Counted from the stretch's first letter, positions 1-10,303 are shown. The stretch is DNA of 64,000 nucleotides from Deltaproteobacteria bacterium (GCA_033763315.1 JANRKS010000017.1:32001-96000); one strand, 5' to 3'. Numbers and translations: made by a program. Notes: generated by a model from the letters alone, not told the origin.

Positions 1-173
1 TCGGCGATTTCGATCTCATCTTCGGTGCGGCGCGCTTGAACATGAAGATCAGCGAAGTGCCCGTGCGCTACCGCGATCGTGTGTATGGTGAGACGAACAT
101 CGAGCGTTGGAAGCACGGCTGGCTGTTGCTGAAGATGTCGGCGGTGGCCGCGCGCAAGTTGAAGTTCGTGTGA
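1..173 (+). CDS. 3' end of glycosyltransferase family 2 protein (partial, enters from window edge)
   Basis: Frame from nt 3 reads GDFDLIFGAARLNMKISEVPVRYRDRVYGETNIERWKHGWLLLKM...KFV*, a typical GT2/DPM-synthase-like C-terminus. Its TGA (171-173) overlaps the next ATG. Confidence 0.75.
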   Translation, partial: GDFDLIFGAARLNMKISEVPVRYRDRVYGETNIERWKHGWLLLKMSAVAARKLKFV

Positions 174-931
174 TGTCTGCCTTGCCTGCGGCTAACGAAC
201 GCGCGCGCGCTCGGTTTACGGAACATAGGCTTGCTTTCGAGCGCAACGAGCCGCTGCGTTCGCTTTACGAAGAATGGTATGGGCGCGTGGGCAGTCATTT
301 GCCCTCGCACGCGTTGGGGCCCGTGGTCGAGCTTGGCTCAGGCCCGGGGCTCGCGTCGGGCTTTCTGCCGCAGATGCTGCTCACCGATGTTGTGCGCGCG
401 CCTTGGCACCATCTGCTGGTGGCGGCCGAGGATCTGCCGTTTGCCAGTGGCACTGTGGGCGCGCTGGTGTTGTTCGATGTGCTGCACCATTTGCCGTCGC
501 CCGAGCGCTTCTTTCGCGAAGCGATGCGCGCGTTGGCCCCCGGGGGCCGCATCGTCGTGTGTGATCCCTACATCAGCCCGGTTTCGTATCCCGTGTTTGG
601 CTGGCTGCATGAAGAGGGTTTCGACTTCTCGGTGGATCCGTTCTCGCCCACGTGGCCCGCCGGAAAGGATCCATTTGCGGGCAACCAAGCGGTGGCCACA
701 CAATTGTTCTTCCGAAAGTGGGGCGCGTTCGAGGAGAAGTTCCCCGCGCTTCGCTTGGTAACACGTGAACGCTTCGCGGGCCTGTCTTACCCGCTGGCGG
801 GAGGTTTTGGTCGCAAGCCGTTCGTGCCCACACGCGCGTGGAACCTGCTCAAACGTGCAGAATCTTGGCTGCCTTCGGCCGCCTTCGCGTGGACCGGCTT
901 TCGTACGCTCGTTGTTTTAGAACGCCGCTAA
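173..931 (+). CDS. Class I SAM-dependent methyltransferase
   Basis: VVELGSGPG motif I, DVLHHL, LAPGGRIV. Start moved to ATG 173 (TGATG coupling). Confidence 0.85.
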   Translation: MSALPAANERARARFTEHRLAFERNEPLRSLYEEWYGRVGSHLPSHALGPVVELGSGPGLASGFLPQMLLTDVVRAPWHHLLVAAEDLPFASGTVGALVLFDVLHHLPSPERFFREAMRALAPGGRIVVCDPYISPVSYPVFGWLHEEGFDFSVDPFSPTWPAGKDPFAGNQAVATQLFFRKWGAFEEKFPALRLVTRERFAGLSYPLAGGFGRKPFVPTRAWNLLKRAESWLPSAAFAWTGFRTLVVLERR

Positions 932-933
932 GG

Positions 934-1578
934 TCACGAGCGTTTGCGCCAAGACGCGCACTGGTAAAGCGCCGTTGTGACGGTAGCAAAAGGTGGAAAG
1001 GCCACGCGGGCCTGCGGCTGCAAGACCTTGCTCAAGGCGGCGGCAATTTGTGCTGGCGGCGCCACGTGATCGTCATCGATGTTCTTATAACCGATCACGT
1101 CGAAGGCTTTGGTCATCAGGGCGCTGACCATAGGGTAGCCCGTGACGAGCGTGCCACCCGGTGCCAAGGCATGCGCCAAACTGCGCGCGGCGCCTTCACT
1201 GTCTGCAATGTGCTCGAGCACGGAAAAACACACGATGGCGTCGAAGGCATTGGCAGGCAGGGTGCTGGGATCCAGCAGATCGGCCGAAACAAACGAAGCG
1301 TCGCATCCTGCACTCACCAGCCTTTGGAGGTTGGCCGCCAAGACCAAGTCGGTGCCCGTATAACGTCGGTAGTGTGACGTCAGTGTGGGCACCAAGATGC
1401 CGCTGCCCACGCCCACCTCCAGAATGCTTTGGCCACCAGCGGGCAACAGATCCAGCCCCATTTGCAGGCGATGGCGGTAAAGCCAACCTGTGCTGCGCTT
1501 GTAATAAAACGGCAGCGGGTCCTTTTCATTGTTGGGCGTGATCTGATCGCGTGGGGGCAGGGCGAAGCGAATCATCAT
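934..1578 (-). CDS. Class I SAM-dependent methyltransferase
   Basis: ILEVGVGSG, FSVLEHI, LAPGGTLV. TATAAT lies 10 nt upstream of the start. Confidence 0.85.
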   Translation of the reverse strand: MMIRFALPPRDQITPNNEKDPLPFYYKRSTGWLYRHRLQMGLDLLPAGGQSILEVGVGSGILVPTLTSHYRRYTGTDLVLAANLQRLVSAGCDASFVSADLLDPSTLPANAFDAIVCFSVLEHIADSEGAARSLAHALAPGGTLVTGYPMVSALMTKAFDVIGYKNIDDDHVAPPAQIAAALSKVLQPQARVAFPPFATVTTALYQCASWRKRS

Positions 1579-1602
1579 GAGCGAGCCGATTATAAGGCGA
1601 AG

Positions 1603-2622
1603 TCAGGGCGGTAGCCCACACACTTCCGGTCGCGGCACCGCGTTGTCGATGAAGTCATCGACGGCAGCTTTGACTTCGGGGCGCACCCATGCGGCGTCGC
1701 CGTGGCGTCCCCGCGGCACCAAAGTTAACTCCACGGGCACGTTTACCTTGAGCAACGCCTCGGCCAACCGTTGCGACTGTGGCCACGGCACCGTGCAGTC
1801 GCTGTCGCCATGCTGAATCAAGAACGGAGGCGCGCTTGATGTGACGTAGGTGATGGGGCTCGCTGCGCGTGCACGCGCGCCGCACTTGCGCACCTCGCAG
1901 CCGATCAGTTTCGACTCGGGCGATTGCGCGCACGTGTGACATTTACGCTGTGGGCACGTGCTGCCGAAATCGGCATCAAATGGCACAAAGCTTGAAGGGC
2001 CCCACCAATCGATCACGCCGCGCACGGCCGTGCTCACCTTCACGAACGGATCGTCAGAACGATCAAAATTCGGGAGGCGTCTTTGATCGTGCGTCAGCCC
2101 CACCAGCGCGGCCAAGTGCCCGCCTGCAGAAGAGCCCCACAACACCACGTTTGAAGGCGAGAGGTTGAAATCGTCGGCCTTCGCTTTGAGAAACCGCAGC
2201 GCTGCGCGGACATCTGCAACCTGCGCGGGGAACACGGCCTCCCGCGAGAGCCGGTAGTCAACGGTGGCAACGGCGTAGCCGCGGCAGGCTTGCCGAAGCG
2301 CAAATAGCGCCACCGACTCTCGCGAGCCGCCTGACCACCCGCCCCCGTGGATCCACATCACCCACGGCATCGGCTGTTCCCGTGGCGTCTGCGGCAGATA
2401 CAGGTCTAACTGGTTGTGCTTGCCCCGTGCATAAGCGACGTTCGCGATCTTTTGGCCCACACAGGCATCGATCGCGCGCGAGACCAACGCGGGCGCCTCA
2501 ACCGTGCTCGCCGAGGTCGAAATGGCGTGGCCTCCCCGCGGCTTGCACCCTCCGAGCATGGCAAGGCAGATCAGCCGAACGCCGAACCCGCTCCAAATGA
2601 ACACTCTGCACCGAACACGCAA
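1603..2622 (-). CDS. Alpha/beta hydrolase (HSL-type esterase/lipase), probable lipoprotein
   Basis: HGGGW oxyanion motif, GSSAGG nucleophile elbow, HGDSD and RH(G) triad regions, LGGC lipobox-like sequence. Start uncertain. Confidence 0.85.
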   Translation of the reverse strand: MRVRCRVFIWSGFGVRLICLAMLGGCKPRGGHAISTSASTVEAPALVSRAIDACVGQKIANVAYARGKHNQLDLYLPQTPREQPMPWVMWIHGGGWSGGSRESVALFALRQACRGYAVATVDYRLSREAVFPAQVADVRAALRFLKAKADDFNLSPSNVVLWGSSAGGHLAALVGLTHDQRRLPNFDRSDDPFVKVSTAVRGVIDWWGPSSFVPFDADFGSTCPQRKCHTCAQSPESKLIGCEVRKCGARARAASPITYVTSSAPPFLIQHGDSDCTVPWPQSQRLAEALLKVNVPVELTLVPRGRHGDAAWVRPEVKAAVDDFIDNAVPRPEVCGLPP

Positions 2623-2681
2623 GCGTTGGAAGTCTGTACACGCGCACGGCGTCGCGCAAGCTCCTGCATCGCGTAACGCGC

Positions 2682-3614
2682 TCAGTGTGGTTCTGCCGGA
2701 GACAGGTCTGCCGTGTCATCGGCAGGATCTACCAAAGTGTTCCGCAGGCGTGCGTAAGGCGCGAACCGGCGGCCCGTAAGTAACGAAAACGCCTCGGGCG
2801 CGTAAGGGAAGCGTGTACTGGTAATTATCTTCAGCTTGGCGGCCTGTAAGGCAAAGCTGCTCACGAACTGTTCCCCTATCAGTCGCTTAAGCTGCGCTGA
2901 AATGTTGGCGCGCGTTTCTTCGTCAGACGTGGCAGCGTATGTCTGTTCAAGATGCTTGATCGCCATCTCGCGCTCCCCCTGTTTGCTCAGCATTCCCGCC
3001 ACCAACGTTGGGTACCAGGGCGGAACCTCGTCGAACAACGTCGCGTGCCGCAGGGCCTCGATGCCTTCCTTCTTCCAGCCTGGAATCCGCTTATCGTCGG
3101 CGGGCACGACGCCGGGCATTTCGTAGTAAAGGTTAAAACCCAGCTGAAAGTACAACTCCCACGAACCGGGAAAAATCTTGAGGCCTCGTCGCAGCAGCGT
3201 GGTGGCGGCTTCAACGTTCTCGAACGTCACTTTGCTGGTGCTGTACATCAGCATCACCGCGCCTCTGCGGTAAAGTGGCTCGAAATAGGGATCTAACTCG
3301 ACAACCGCGTTGAGGTACCATGCCAACCAGCGGTGTTGGCCCTTCTTCTCAACTTGGTCGCCAAAGTAGATGTTCGCCCGCGCCGCGAGTAGATCAGCCA
3401 GCAACTCGTGGTGGCCAAGGCTTGCCACCTTCAATGCCTTGGCTGGGGGCAGATACAGGATGTCCGCTTCCGCCGGCCATGCAGATCGTGCGCGTGTGGC
3501 CCGTTGTCGTGCCCATTCTGCCGTGCCTGCCATGATCGCCACGGCGACGAGGGCGATGAGGGCCCACAGCCATGGGACTTGCCTTGTTCGTGCAGGCTGT
3601 TGCGTCTGGTTCAC
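2682..3614 (-). CDS. Membrane-anchored TPR-like protein, PilG/XapA-like
   Basis: N-terminal TM segment, YLPP..LKVASLG..ELLADLL motif, helical TPR-like repeats. Directly downstream of a PilR-like gene. Confidence 0.55.
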   Translation of the reverse strand: MNQTQQPARTRQVPWLWALIALVAVAIMAGTAEWARQRATRARSAWPAEADILYLPPAKALKVASLGHHELLADLLAARANIYFGDQVEKKGQHRWLAWYLNAVVELDPYFEPLYRRGAVMLMYSTSKVTFENVEAATTLLRRGLKIFPGSWELYFQLGFNLYYEMPGVVPADDKRIPGWKKEGIEALRHATLFDEVPPWYPTLVAGMLSKQGEREMAIKHLEQTYAATSDEETRANISAQLKRLIGEQFVSSFALQAAKLKIITSTRFPYAPEAFSLLTGRRFAPYARLRNTLVDPADDTADLSPAEPH

Positions 3615-3623
3615 AGCGTGGCC

Positions 3624-5062
3624 TCAGGAAGAGGGCTCCTCTGGCCCTGCATTGTCGTTGCTGGCTTCCGAGCCCGATATGCCTAGTTTCGATAGGCGGT
3701 ATCGCAAAGAACGAAACGTCACGCCCAATACACGCGCCGCTTCTGTGCGGTTGCCATCGGTGCGTTCTAACGCCTTCATGATCAGGGCTCGTTCGAAATC
3801 AGCCACAACACGCTCAAGGTCGATGCCTTCGCTCGGCAGATTCATCGACGGCACGCCGTCATCCGCTTGCGCGGTGTTGGCCAACGGCGGAAGGCTTTCC
3901 TTGGTGATGCGATCACCCGACGACAAGGTGACCGCGCGTTCGATAAGGTTTTCAAGCTCACGCACGTTGCCCGGAAAGTTGTGACCCACAAGCGCGGACA
4001 AAGCGTCAGGTTCGATGCCAGTGATCGTGCGCGCGTGTTCGGCGCCGAACTTTCGAATGAAATGCTCTGCCAAAATCGGCACGTCTTCGCGGCGCTCGCG
4101 CAGCGGCGGCACGCGGATCTGAATCACGTTCAACCGGTAATAGAGATCCTGCCGAAAGGTGCCGTTCTCAACTTCAGCTTCCAAATCACGGTTTGTCGCT
4201 GCCACAACGCGCACGTCGATTTCGGTTTCGGTGAGACTGCCCACGCGCTTGACTTTGCGCTCTTGCAACGCGCGCAGCAGCTTCACTTGCATGGCCAAGG
4301 GAAGTTCGCCCACTTCGTCGAGCAACAGCGTGCCACCGGTGGCCGCTTCAAAAAGGCCCGGCTTGTCAACGGTGGCGCCGGTGAACGCACCCTTGATGTG
4401 CCCGAACAATTCGCTCTCCAACAAAGCCTCGGGAATGGCACCGCAGTTGACCGCCACGAACGGACGATCGTTGCGTGGCGAAAGCTCGTGCAGCGCGCGC
4501 GCCAGCAATTCCTTGCCGGTGCCGGATTCGCCGATCAGCAACACACTTGTGCGCGCCGGAGCGATCTTCTGGATCATATCGAACAGGCGCTGCATGGGTG
4601 GCGATTTGCCGATGAGGCGCGCCAGCTTGTAGCGGCCCTTGATCTCATCGCGCAATACCACGTTCTGGCGATGCAGCATCCGGCGTTCGAGCGCCGCTCC
4701 ACCACCAAACCCACCTCTTCAACCTTGAACGGCTTCGTCAGGTAATCGTAGGCTCCGGCTTTCATGGCGGCGATGGCCGTTTCCGCCGTGGCAAATGCCG
4801 TCACAACGATCACTTGTGTATCGGGTCGCAAGCTCTTCGCGGCGGCCAACACCTGCAATCCACTGACGTCGGCCGTCATCCGCAGGTCAGTGATAACAAC
4901 ATCGTATTCTTTGGCACGCAGAGCGGTCTGCGCTTCCTCGCTTCCAGGCACGGCCTCCACCCGGTGGCCCGCGCGGCGAAGATAGATTGCCAAGAACTCG
5001 CGCATGGAGCGCTCGTCGTCAACAATCAGAATGTCGCCGGTGAGGTTCGGGGTTTGGGTCAT
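3624..5062 (-). pseudogene. pilR: Sigma-54-dependent response regulator (PilR/NtrC family), split by a 1-nt frameshift at about 4694
   Basis: Receiver domain (IVDDE, DLRM, KPF) is in one frame. AAA+ (GESGTGKE, GAFTGA, LLDEVGE) and Fis HTH are in another. Adding one G restores VVERALERRMLHRQN. Confidence 0.75.
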
Positions 5063-5787
5063 CAGGCCTTCTTGCGTGCGATGAGAATGACGAAGCCGCC
5101 CAGGTTGCGCAGCAGTGGCAGGTCGCACGCCTTGTGCTCTGCCCATGAAAACAATTTGCCCAAGGGTGCCAATTTGAACACCGACGAAGTGGGGGTGAAG
5201 ATGCGTACGCCGCGCGTGCCCACGAGCTCAACATTGGCAGGCAGATAACTCGCCGCTTGCTCAACCGTGTCGTAGCGGGTGAACACATCGTGATCGGTGG
5301 TGCTCTGGTTGATCGTCTGGGGGCCGCCGTATTTCTTTGTGAGGTAGCGCAACGAATACGGGTTGTAGAACTCGAGCAGCAGGTGTCCACCTGGGCGCAC
5401 CAGACGAGCTAGTTCGGCGAGCGCTTCTTTGATGGGTGGTACGTGGGCCAGCACCTTCATGCTGTACACCAGATCCATGCACGCGTCGGGCAGCGGGACC
5501 GCGGTGACCGAGCCTTGCACCACGTTGAGCCCACGCTGTGTGGCTGTGCTCAACATGCCTCGAGACAGATCTAAGCCTGTGGTGGACTTGGCCACGCGGC
5601 TCGCCTCACGCAGCAGCAGGCCCGTGCCGCAGCCCGCCTCGAACACATCGCGGTCACGGCCATAGCGTTCGATGAGCTGGCCTTCCAACTCGTCGAGCAT
5701 GCGGTGGTAACCATGGTGTCGCTCGCGCTCGTACGTTTGCGAGAACTGGTCGTAGTAAGCCTGGGTCGATGTGGGGGAAGAGGTCAT
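5062..5787 (-). CDS. Class I SAM-dependent methyltransferase
   Basis: FEAGCGTG, GLDLSRGML, VRPGGHLL. Stop overlaps the pilR ATG. Confidence 0.85.
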   Translation of the reverse strand: MTSSPTSTQAYYDQFSQTYERERHHGYHRMLDELEGQLIERYGRDRDVFEAGCGTGLLLREASRVAKSTTGLDLSRGMLSTATQRGLNVVQGSVTAVPLPDACMDLVYSMKVLAHVPPIKEALAELARLVRPGGHLLLEFYNPYSLRYLTKKYGGPQTINQSTTDHDVFTRYDTVEQAASYLPANVELVGTRGVRIFTPTSSVFKLAPLGKLFSWAEHKACDLPLLRNLGGFVILIARKKA

Positions 5788-5875
5788 AAGTTCGCGTAAC
5801 CTGACGCGATTATGAGGTTAAAAGGCAAGATTTGCGAGCTTGTTGATGGGGGCGCCTTGCCCCACACATCGGCCG

Positions 5876-6730
5876 TTAGAACACATCTTTAAAGCGGCAC
5901 AAGACGATTTGCCGCTGCTGCAGCCACACCCGCACCTGCGGGTCGCACAACGTTTCGAGTTCTAGGCGGCGCTCAAACACGCGCCGCTGGCCCGACAGCG
6001 TGAGCGTCTCGGTGGGCGCAAGGCCGGGATGACAGATCAATTCGTGCACGCCGGGCCCCATGCGCCCCAACACCTCAAGCAGACGCAATCGACCGAGGTT
6101 CCCACTCTCGGCCAGCCCCCAGCTTTGGGCGCCGTGTCGGATCGCGCCCAGTCGGCGGCGCGAAAGGTAAGCCAGAGCGCCCATCACGGCCAACGGCACA
6201 CCCTTTTGCGCGTCAGTGAACCACGACAAAGACGGGCCCTCCATAGCGGAACGAATGGTCCGAATTCGCAGCTGTTGCGCCACCCGCTCCATCGCTTCAC
6301 TGATGGCTGGCAAAAAGCCCAACTGCAGATACGTATTCATATGATCGAGGACAACGCCGGCATCGAGCAAACGCCGCGTCTGGGCTCGGACCTCCGTCTC
6401 AATGTGTGCGGGATGAATTTTGCCGCGCACCCAACGCGTGAACAGTTCAGCTGGCGAATCGAAGAATCGGCCCGCTTCATTGACGAGGCTTGGTATCTCG
6501 CCCGGCGCGCTGATAGGCGTGGCGCCCACCAAGACGATGTGGACACCCAAGCCAAGTTCGGGCGCCTCTGTCAGCTGTTGCTTGCACGTGGCAACATCGC
6601 AGGTCCCCCAAATCGACGCGCTCGTGACGATGCCCTCACGATGCGCGCGCAAGATGCCTCGCGTGATGTCGTCCTGGGCACCCAGGCCGTCCGCGTTCAC
6701 AATCAATCGTATGGCCGCTGCGCTCATCAC
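5876..6730 (-). CDS. ChbG/HpnK/YdjC family deacetylase-like protein (degenerate active site)
   Basis: LIVNADxLG, GIVTSAS, GLGVH, ELICHPG and ELETLCDP motifs. Confidence 0.8.
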   Translation of the reverse strand: MMSAAAIRLIVNADGLGAQDDITRGILRAHREGIVTSASIWGTCDVATCKQQLTEAPELGLGVHIVLVGATPISAPGEIPSLVNEAGRFFDSPAELFTRWVRGKIHPAHIETEVRAQTRRLLDAGVVLDHMNTYLQLGFLPAISEAMERVAQQLRIRTIRSAMEGPSLSWFTDAQKGVPLAVMGALAYLSRRRLGAIRHGAQSWGLAESGNLGRLRLLEVLGRMGPGVHELICHPGLAPTETLTLSGQRRVFERRLELETLCDPQVRVWLQQRQIVLCRFKDVF

Positions 6731-6817
6731 AGAGCCGCCTTATCGCACACTTTGGCGCTGGGGGCTTGCGCTCGCCCCGTCCAGCGTCCAACCTAACGGT
6801 TCGCCGTCACTCGGCGC

Positions 6818-8170
6818 TTGATGCCAAAGTCTTCTTCATCGCCTCGTCGTAGCCCTTCTGTCGCGAGCAAGCCTGTCGCTCCTCCGCTGCCTTACACCGT
6901 CAACAGGACGCGCTTACGCAATGGGCTGCGGCTGTGCACAGTTGAAGTGCCCTATTTACACACGGCCACTGTGGCGCTGTATGTACGAACCGGGTCGCGC
7001 TACGAGACCGCAAAGAACAATGGCCTATCGCATTTCCTCGAGCACATGCTGTTCCGTGGCTCGGGCAAGTATCCAAACTCGTTGGCGCTGAACACGGCCA
7101 TCGAGGAGTTGGGTGGAACGCTCTACGCTGAAACGGGCCGCGATTACGCCGTTTACTCCATTTCACTTGGCCCCCGTGGCGTCACCGAAGCCTTAGAGAT
7201 TTTGGGCGATTTGTTCAGCGGCCCCGCGTTTAAGGACATCGATCTTGAACGCCAGATGGTGCTTGAGGAAATCCTCGAAGACATGGACCACCGCGGTCGC
7301 ATGGTGAACGTGCACGATCTGACCCGACTGGCGGCGTGGGGCGAGCACCCTCTCGGCTATTCGATCTTGGGCTCGCCTAAGAACGTGCGGGCCTTCAACT
7401 TGCGCGACGTCCGTGGGCATTTTCGGCGCCACTATGGCGCGTCCAACATGGTTCTGTGCGTCGCGGGTCGTGTGCATCTGAACAACATCGAACCCGCCGC
7501 TCGCCAAGCCTTCTCGCGCATCGCCCGCGGCAAGCCGATCAAGGCCAAACCTGCGCGTCCTCTGCTCTCAGGCCCGCGCTGGCAAACCGTGGCCACGGAC
7601 GCCGCGCAGTCACAGATCCAAATGCTGTTTTATGGTTTGCCGATGGACGACGCTGATCACGCCGCCCAAGCCGCTTTGATGCGGCTCATCGACGATGGCA
7701 TGGCCACGCCTTTGCACTACCGCGTCTGTGATCAAAAGGGCCTGGCCTATAGCGTTGGCGCCGACCTTGATCACTATTACGACACATCGCTGGTTGAGAT
7801 CGATGCCGCCTGCGCGCCCGGAAAACTCAGCGCGCTCGTGCAAGAGATCTTGAACATCTTAAGCGAATTCAAAACCAAGCTGGTGGAACCGGCGGCTTTG
7901 GCGCGCGTCAAGCGGAGATACCGCGAGGACTTGGAAGCCAGCTACGACGACGTTGGCAGTTTGTGCAACTGGTACGGTGGCGCCGAATTGTTCACCCGCC
8001 CACGCACGCACGGCGATCGACTCAAGCAAATGGACAAAGTGACGGCCGAACAGGTGCGTCGCGTCGCCCAGCGTATCTTCCAAGCTGAGCGACTGACAAC
8101 CGTGGTGGCCGGTCAATTCTCGGCCGTGCAAACGCGCAAGACACGCCAGTTGTTGCGCGATCTGCTTTAA
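6818..8170 (+). CDS. M16 family (pitrilysin/insulinase) zinc peptidase
   Basis: GSRYE...GLSHFLEHMLFRGS inverted HxxEH motif; C-terminal GLAYSV. Confidence 0.92.
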   Translation: MMPKSSSSPRRSPSVASKPVAPPLPYTVNRTRLRNGLRLCTVEVPYLHTATVALYVRTGSRYETAKNNGLSHFLEHMLFRGSGKYPNSLALNTAIEELGGTLYAETGRDYAVYSISLGPRGVTEALEILGDLFSGPAFKDIDLERQMVLEEILEDMDHRGRMVNVHDLTRLAAWGEHPLGYSILGSPKNVRAFNLRDVRGHFRRHYGASNMVLCVAGRVHLNNIEPAARQAFSRIARGKPIKAKPARPLLSGPRWQTVATDAAQSQIQMLFYGLPMDDADHAAQAALMRLIDDGMATPLHYRVCDQKGLAYSVGADLDHYYDTSLVEIDAACAPGKLSALVQEILNILSEFKTKLVEPAALARVKRRYREDLEASYDDVGSLCNWYGGAELFTRPRTHGDRLKQMDKVTAEQVRRVAQRIFQAERLTTVVAGQFSAVQTRKTRQLLRDLL

Positions 8171-10248
8171 AGCTGCGCCGTCACCAGCTCGAATTTGTTG
8201 TTGGTGTCATTGAGCACCTTCAACGATTGACGTGGCCCATCGGCAAGCAACGTCTTGAGCTTTTCGAAGCGCGCTTTCTCAACCACGAAGAACACGCGTT
8301 TGCCGGAATTGCGCGCCAAATACGCTTGCAGATCTTCGGCGTTGCGGGTGCCAAGAAACACTGTGCGCTTGTCGCTTGGGCCCTCGTAGATTTCGTTTTG
8401 CGAATAAAACGTTTCTCCACGCCAATACATTTGCCAAGCGATGAGCGGCTCTTCGGGACCTCTGCGCTCTTTGTAATACGTGGCCAACAGGCCTTTTTGC
8501 GACCAAATGTCGGAGACCTGTTTCATGTACACGTCGAGCAAGAAATAGGTGAAGACAACAGCGCAGCCACACAACGCCACGGTGCCTAAGCGGCGCAGGC
8601 GCGGCCCGATCAACAACAAAGTTGCAACGGCAAATGCCACGCCTGCGCCGAGCAGCCACGAACGGTAATCCAGCGCGGCCGGCCACGCCCGCCCCTTGGG
8701 ATCGTTCACGTAGTCATAAGAAAACAGCCAGATGAACCGCTGCGCGGCGTTCTGGGTGCGAACCAAATCCCAAGTCACGAGCGCCAGCAACGGTATGCCC
8801 ACCAATGCCACCAGCCGCACGGCCAAGACCCGGCCACGCTCCAAAATGTCGTCGAGGAAGCAGGCAATTGCTAGCGCCAACCCGGGTAGAGCGGGGAGGA
8901 TGTAGTGGTGGAACTTCGTCATCGACAATGAAACCACACCATAGGCAGCCACGAACCAAATGGCGCCAAACCAGAAGATCTCTTGGCGATACGCACCCGG
9001 CTGCGGTGCCTGATCACCCGGGGCCTTGAACGGACGCATGATGACCCAAGCCAACGCCGCCGGCGCCAGCGTGAGCCACGGCAGCACGGCGAAGCCCAGC
9101 TCGCGCAAGAAGTACTCGAACGTGCCGCGATCTCCGTGTCGGCCCAGCACCAGACGCCTCCAGTGGTTGTCGCCGTAAAGCTCGTTCCAGAACCCTTTGC
9201 CAAAGCGAACCAACATCGCGTGGTGCCACGGCACCGCCACCACCAAACACGCGAGCAGGGCCACGCTCAAACCAAACACAATTTGTGGCCGCGCGAGGCG
9301 CCGCCAATTCCACGTGAACGCCAAGTACGCGAACAACACGATCACGGGGAGGCCCAACCCGGCCAGGCCCTTCGCCAAAGTGGCCAACGCCGCTAGGACG
9401 CCGGCTATCACGAGGTACAGCGGGGCGCGGTACCTCGCTTTGACGACGTAATACAGAAAGGCAATGACGCCCGCGATGTAGGGCACCATCACGCTCACGC
9501 CGGGCATGACGAAGTGCAAGCTGCCCAAGCGCACACGCCACCTGATGTTCACGGCGTCGACGATGATTTGTGGCACGGCCGTGGCCAGCAGCAAGCCAAC
9601 GGCGATGTAGAAACTCGCATGATGAGGCCAGGAAATTCCGTGCCATTGCTTGCGCGGCAGCTCCTCCTTTGATTCGTCAAACAAAGCCAGGGCGCACAAC
9701 GCCAAAGCTAGCGTCATCGGGCCCACGAATGGCATGTCGGTCATCGCCTGCCGCGCGACCAACGAGAACATGGGCATGGTTCCCAACACCACGGCGGCCA
9801 GCACGCCCGCGCGCCGGCTCACGAAGCGCGACGCCACCAGATAGACGCCGTAAAGCGCGGTGAGCGCCAGCAAGCAAAACGGCGTGCGCAGCGCCCATTC
9901 CGTGGTCGACGACAGCGCCAGCTGCCCGGGCGGGCTGTGGGCGCCCCCGATGCCGGCGATGCTCATCGCAAAGCTCATGATCCAAAAGGTGAGTACGGGC
10001 TTCGACCAAAACACGTCGCGATCAAGCGGTGAGCCGGGCCAGAACAAACCCACGTAGTCGTGGCGTGATGTCATCTGCCGTGCCACTTCGCCGTAATGTG
10101 TTTCCCAGGGGTCCCACAGGCCGTATGAGCCCGCGAACGGCACGTACAGCAGCACGCCGAACAGCAAGATCAACAGCACGGTTTGTCGCTCACTGAGGCG
10201 ATCCAGCCAACGCGCGGGCGTCGTTGTAGGGGAGGGCGGTGAAGACAT
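8167..10248 (-). CDS. ArnT/PMT-like integral membrane glycosyltransferase (GT39/GT83)
   Basis: LWDPWETHYGEVARQM, KPVLTFW, LAKG, TKFHHYILPALP and many TM helices. Start placed at ATG 10248. Confidence 0.88.
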   Translation of the reverse strand: MSSPPSPTTTPARWLDRLSERQTVLLILLFGVLLYVPFAGSYGLWDPWETHYGEVARQMTSRHDYVGLFWPGSPLDRDVFWSKPVLTFWIMSFAMSIAGIGGAHSPPGQLALSSTTEWALRTPFCLLALTALYGVYLVASRFVSRRAGVLAAVVLGTMPMFSLVARQAMTDMPFVGPMTLALALCALALFDESKEELPRKQWHGISWPHHASFYIAVGLLLATAVPQIIVDAVNIRWRVRLGSLHFVMPGVSVMVPYIAGVIAFLYYVVKARYRAPLYLVIAGVLAALATLAKGLAGLGLPVIVLFAYLAFTWNWRRLARPQIVFGLSVALLACLVVAVPWHHAMLVRFGKGFWNELYGDNHWRRLVLGRHGDRGTFEYFLRELGFAVLPWLTLAPAALAWVIMRPFKAPGDQAPQPGAYRQEIFWFGAIWFVAAYGVVSLSMTKFHHYILPALPGLALAIACFLDDILERGRVLAVRLVALVGIPLLALVTWDLVRTQNAAQRFIWLFSYDYVNDPKGRAWPAALDYRSWLLGAGVAFAVATLLLIGPRLRRLGTVALCGCAVVFTYFLLDVYMKQVSDIWSQKGLLATYYKERRGPEEPLIAWQMYWRGETFYSQNEIYEGPSDKRTVFLGTRNAEDLQAYLARNSGKRVFFVVEKARFEKLKTLLADGPRQSLKVLNDTNNKFELVTAQL

Positions 10249-10303
10249 AAGCGGGGCGGACTCTAGTCTCTGCGGCCGCGCCGGCCAAGGGGCCGAGGGT
10301 CGT

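Noticed and set aside
3867-4745. Long antisense or alternate-frame ORFs (also 42057-43004, 59992-60927, 29349-30230 and others)
   Set aside because: Shadow ORFs of high-GC coding strands with no recognisable motifs.
5797-5821. TAACCT-N12-AGGTTA inverted repeat upstream of the methyltransferase-pilR genes
   Set aside because: 6-bp arms with a long spacer; geometry differs from the MarR site; too weak to call.
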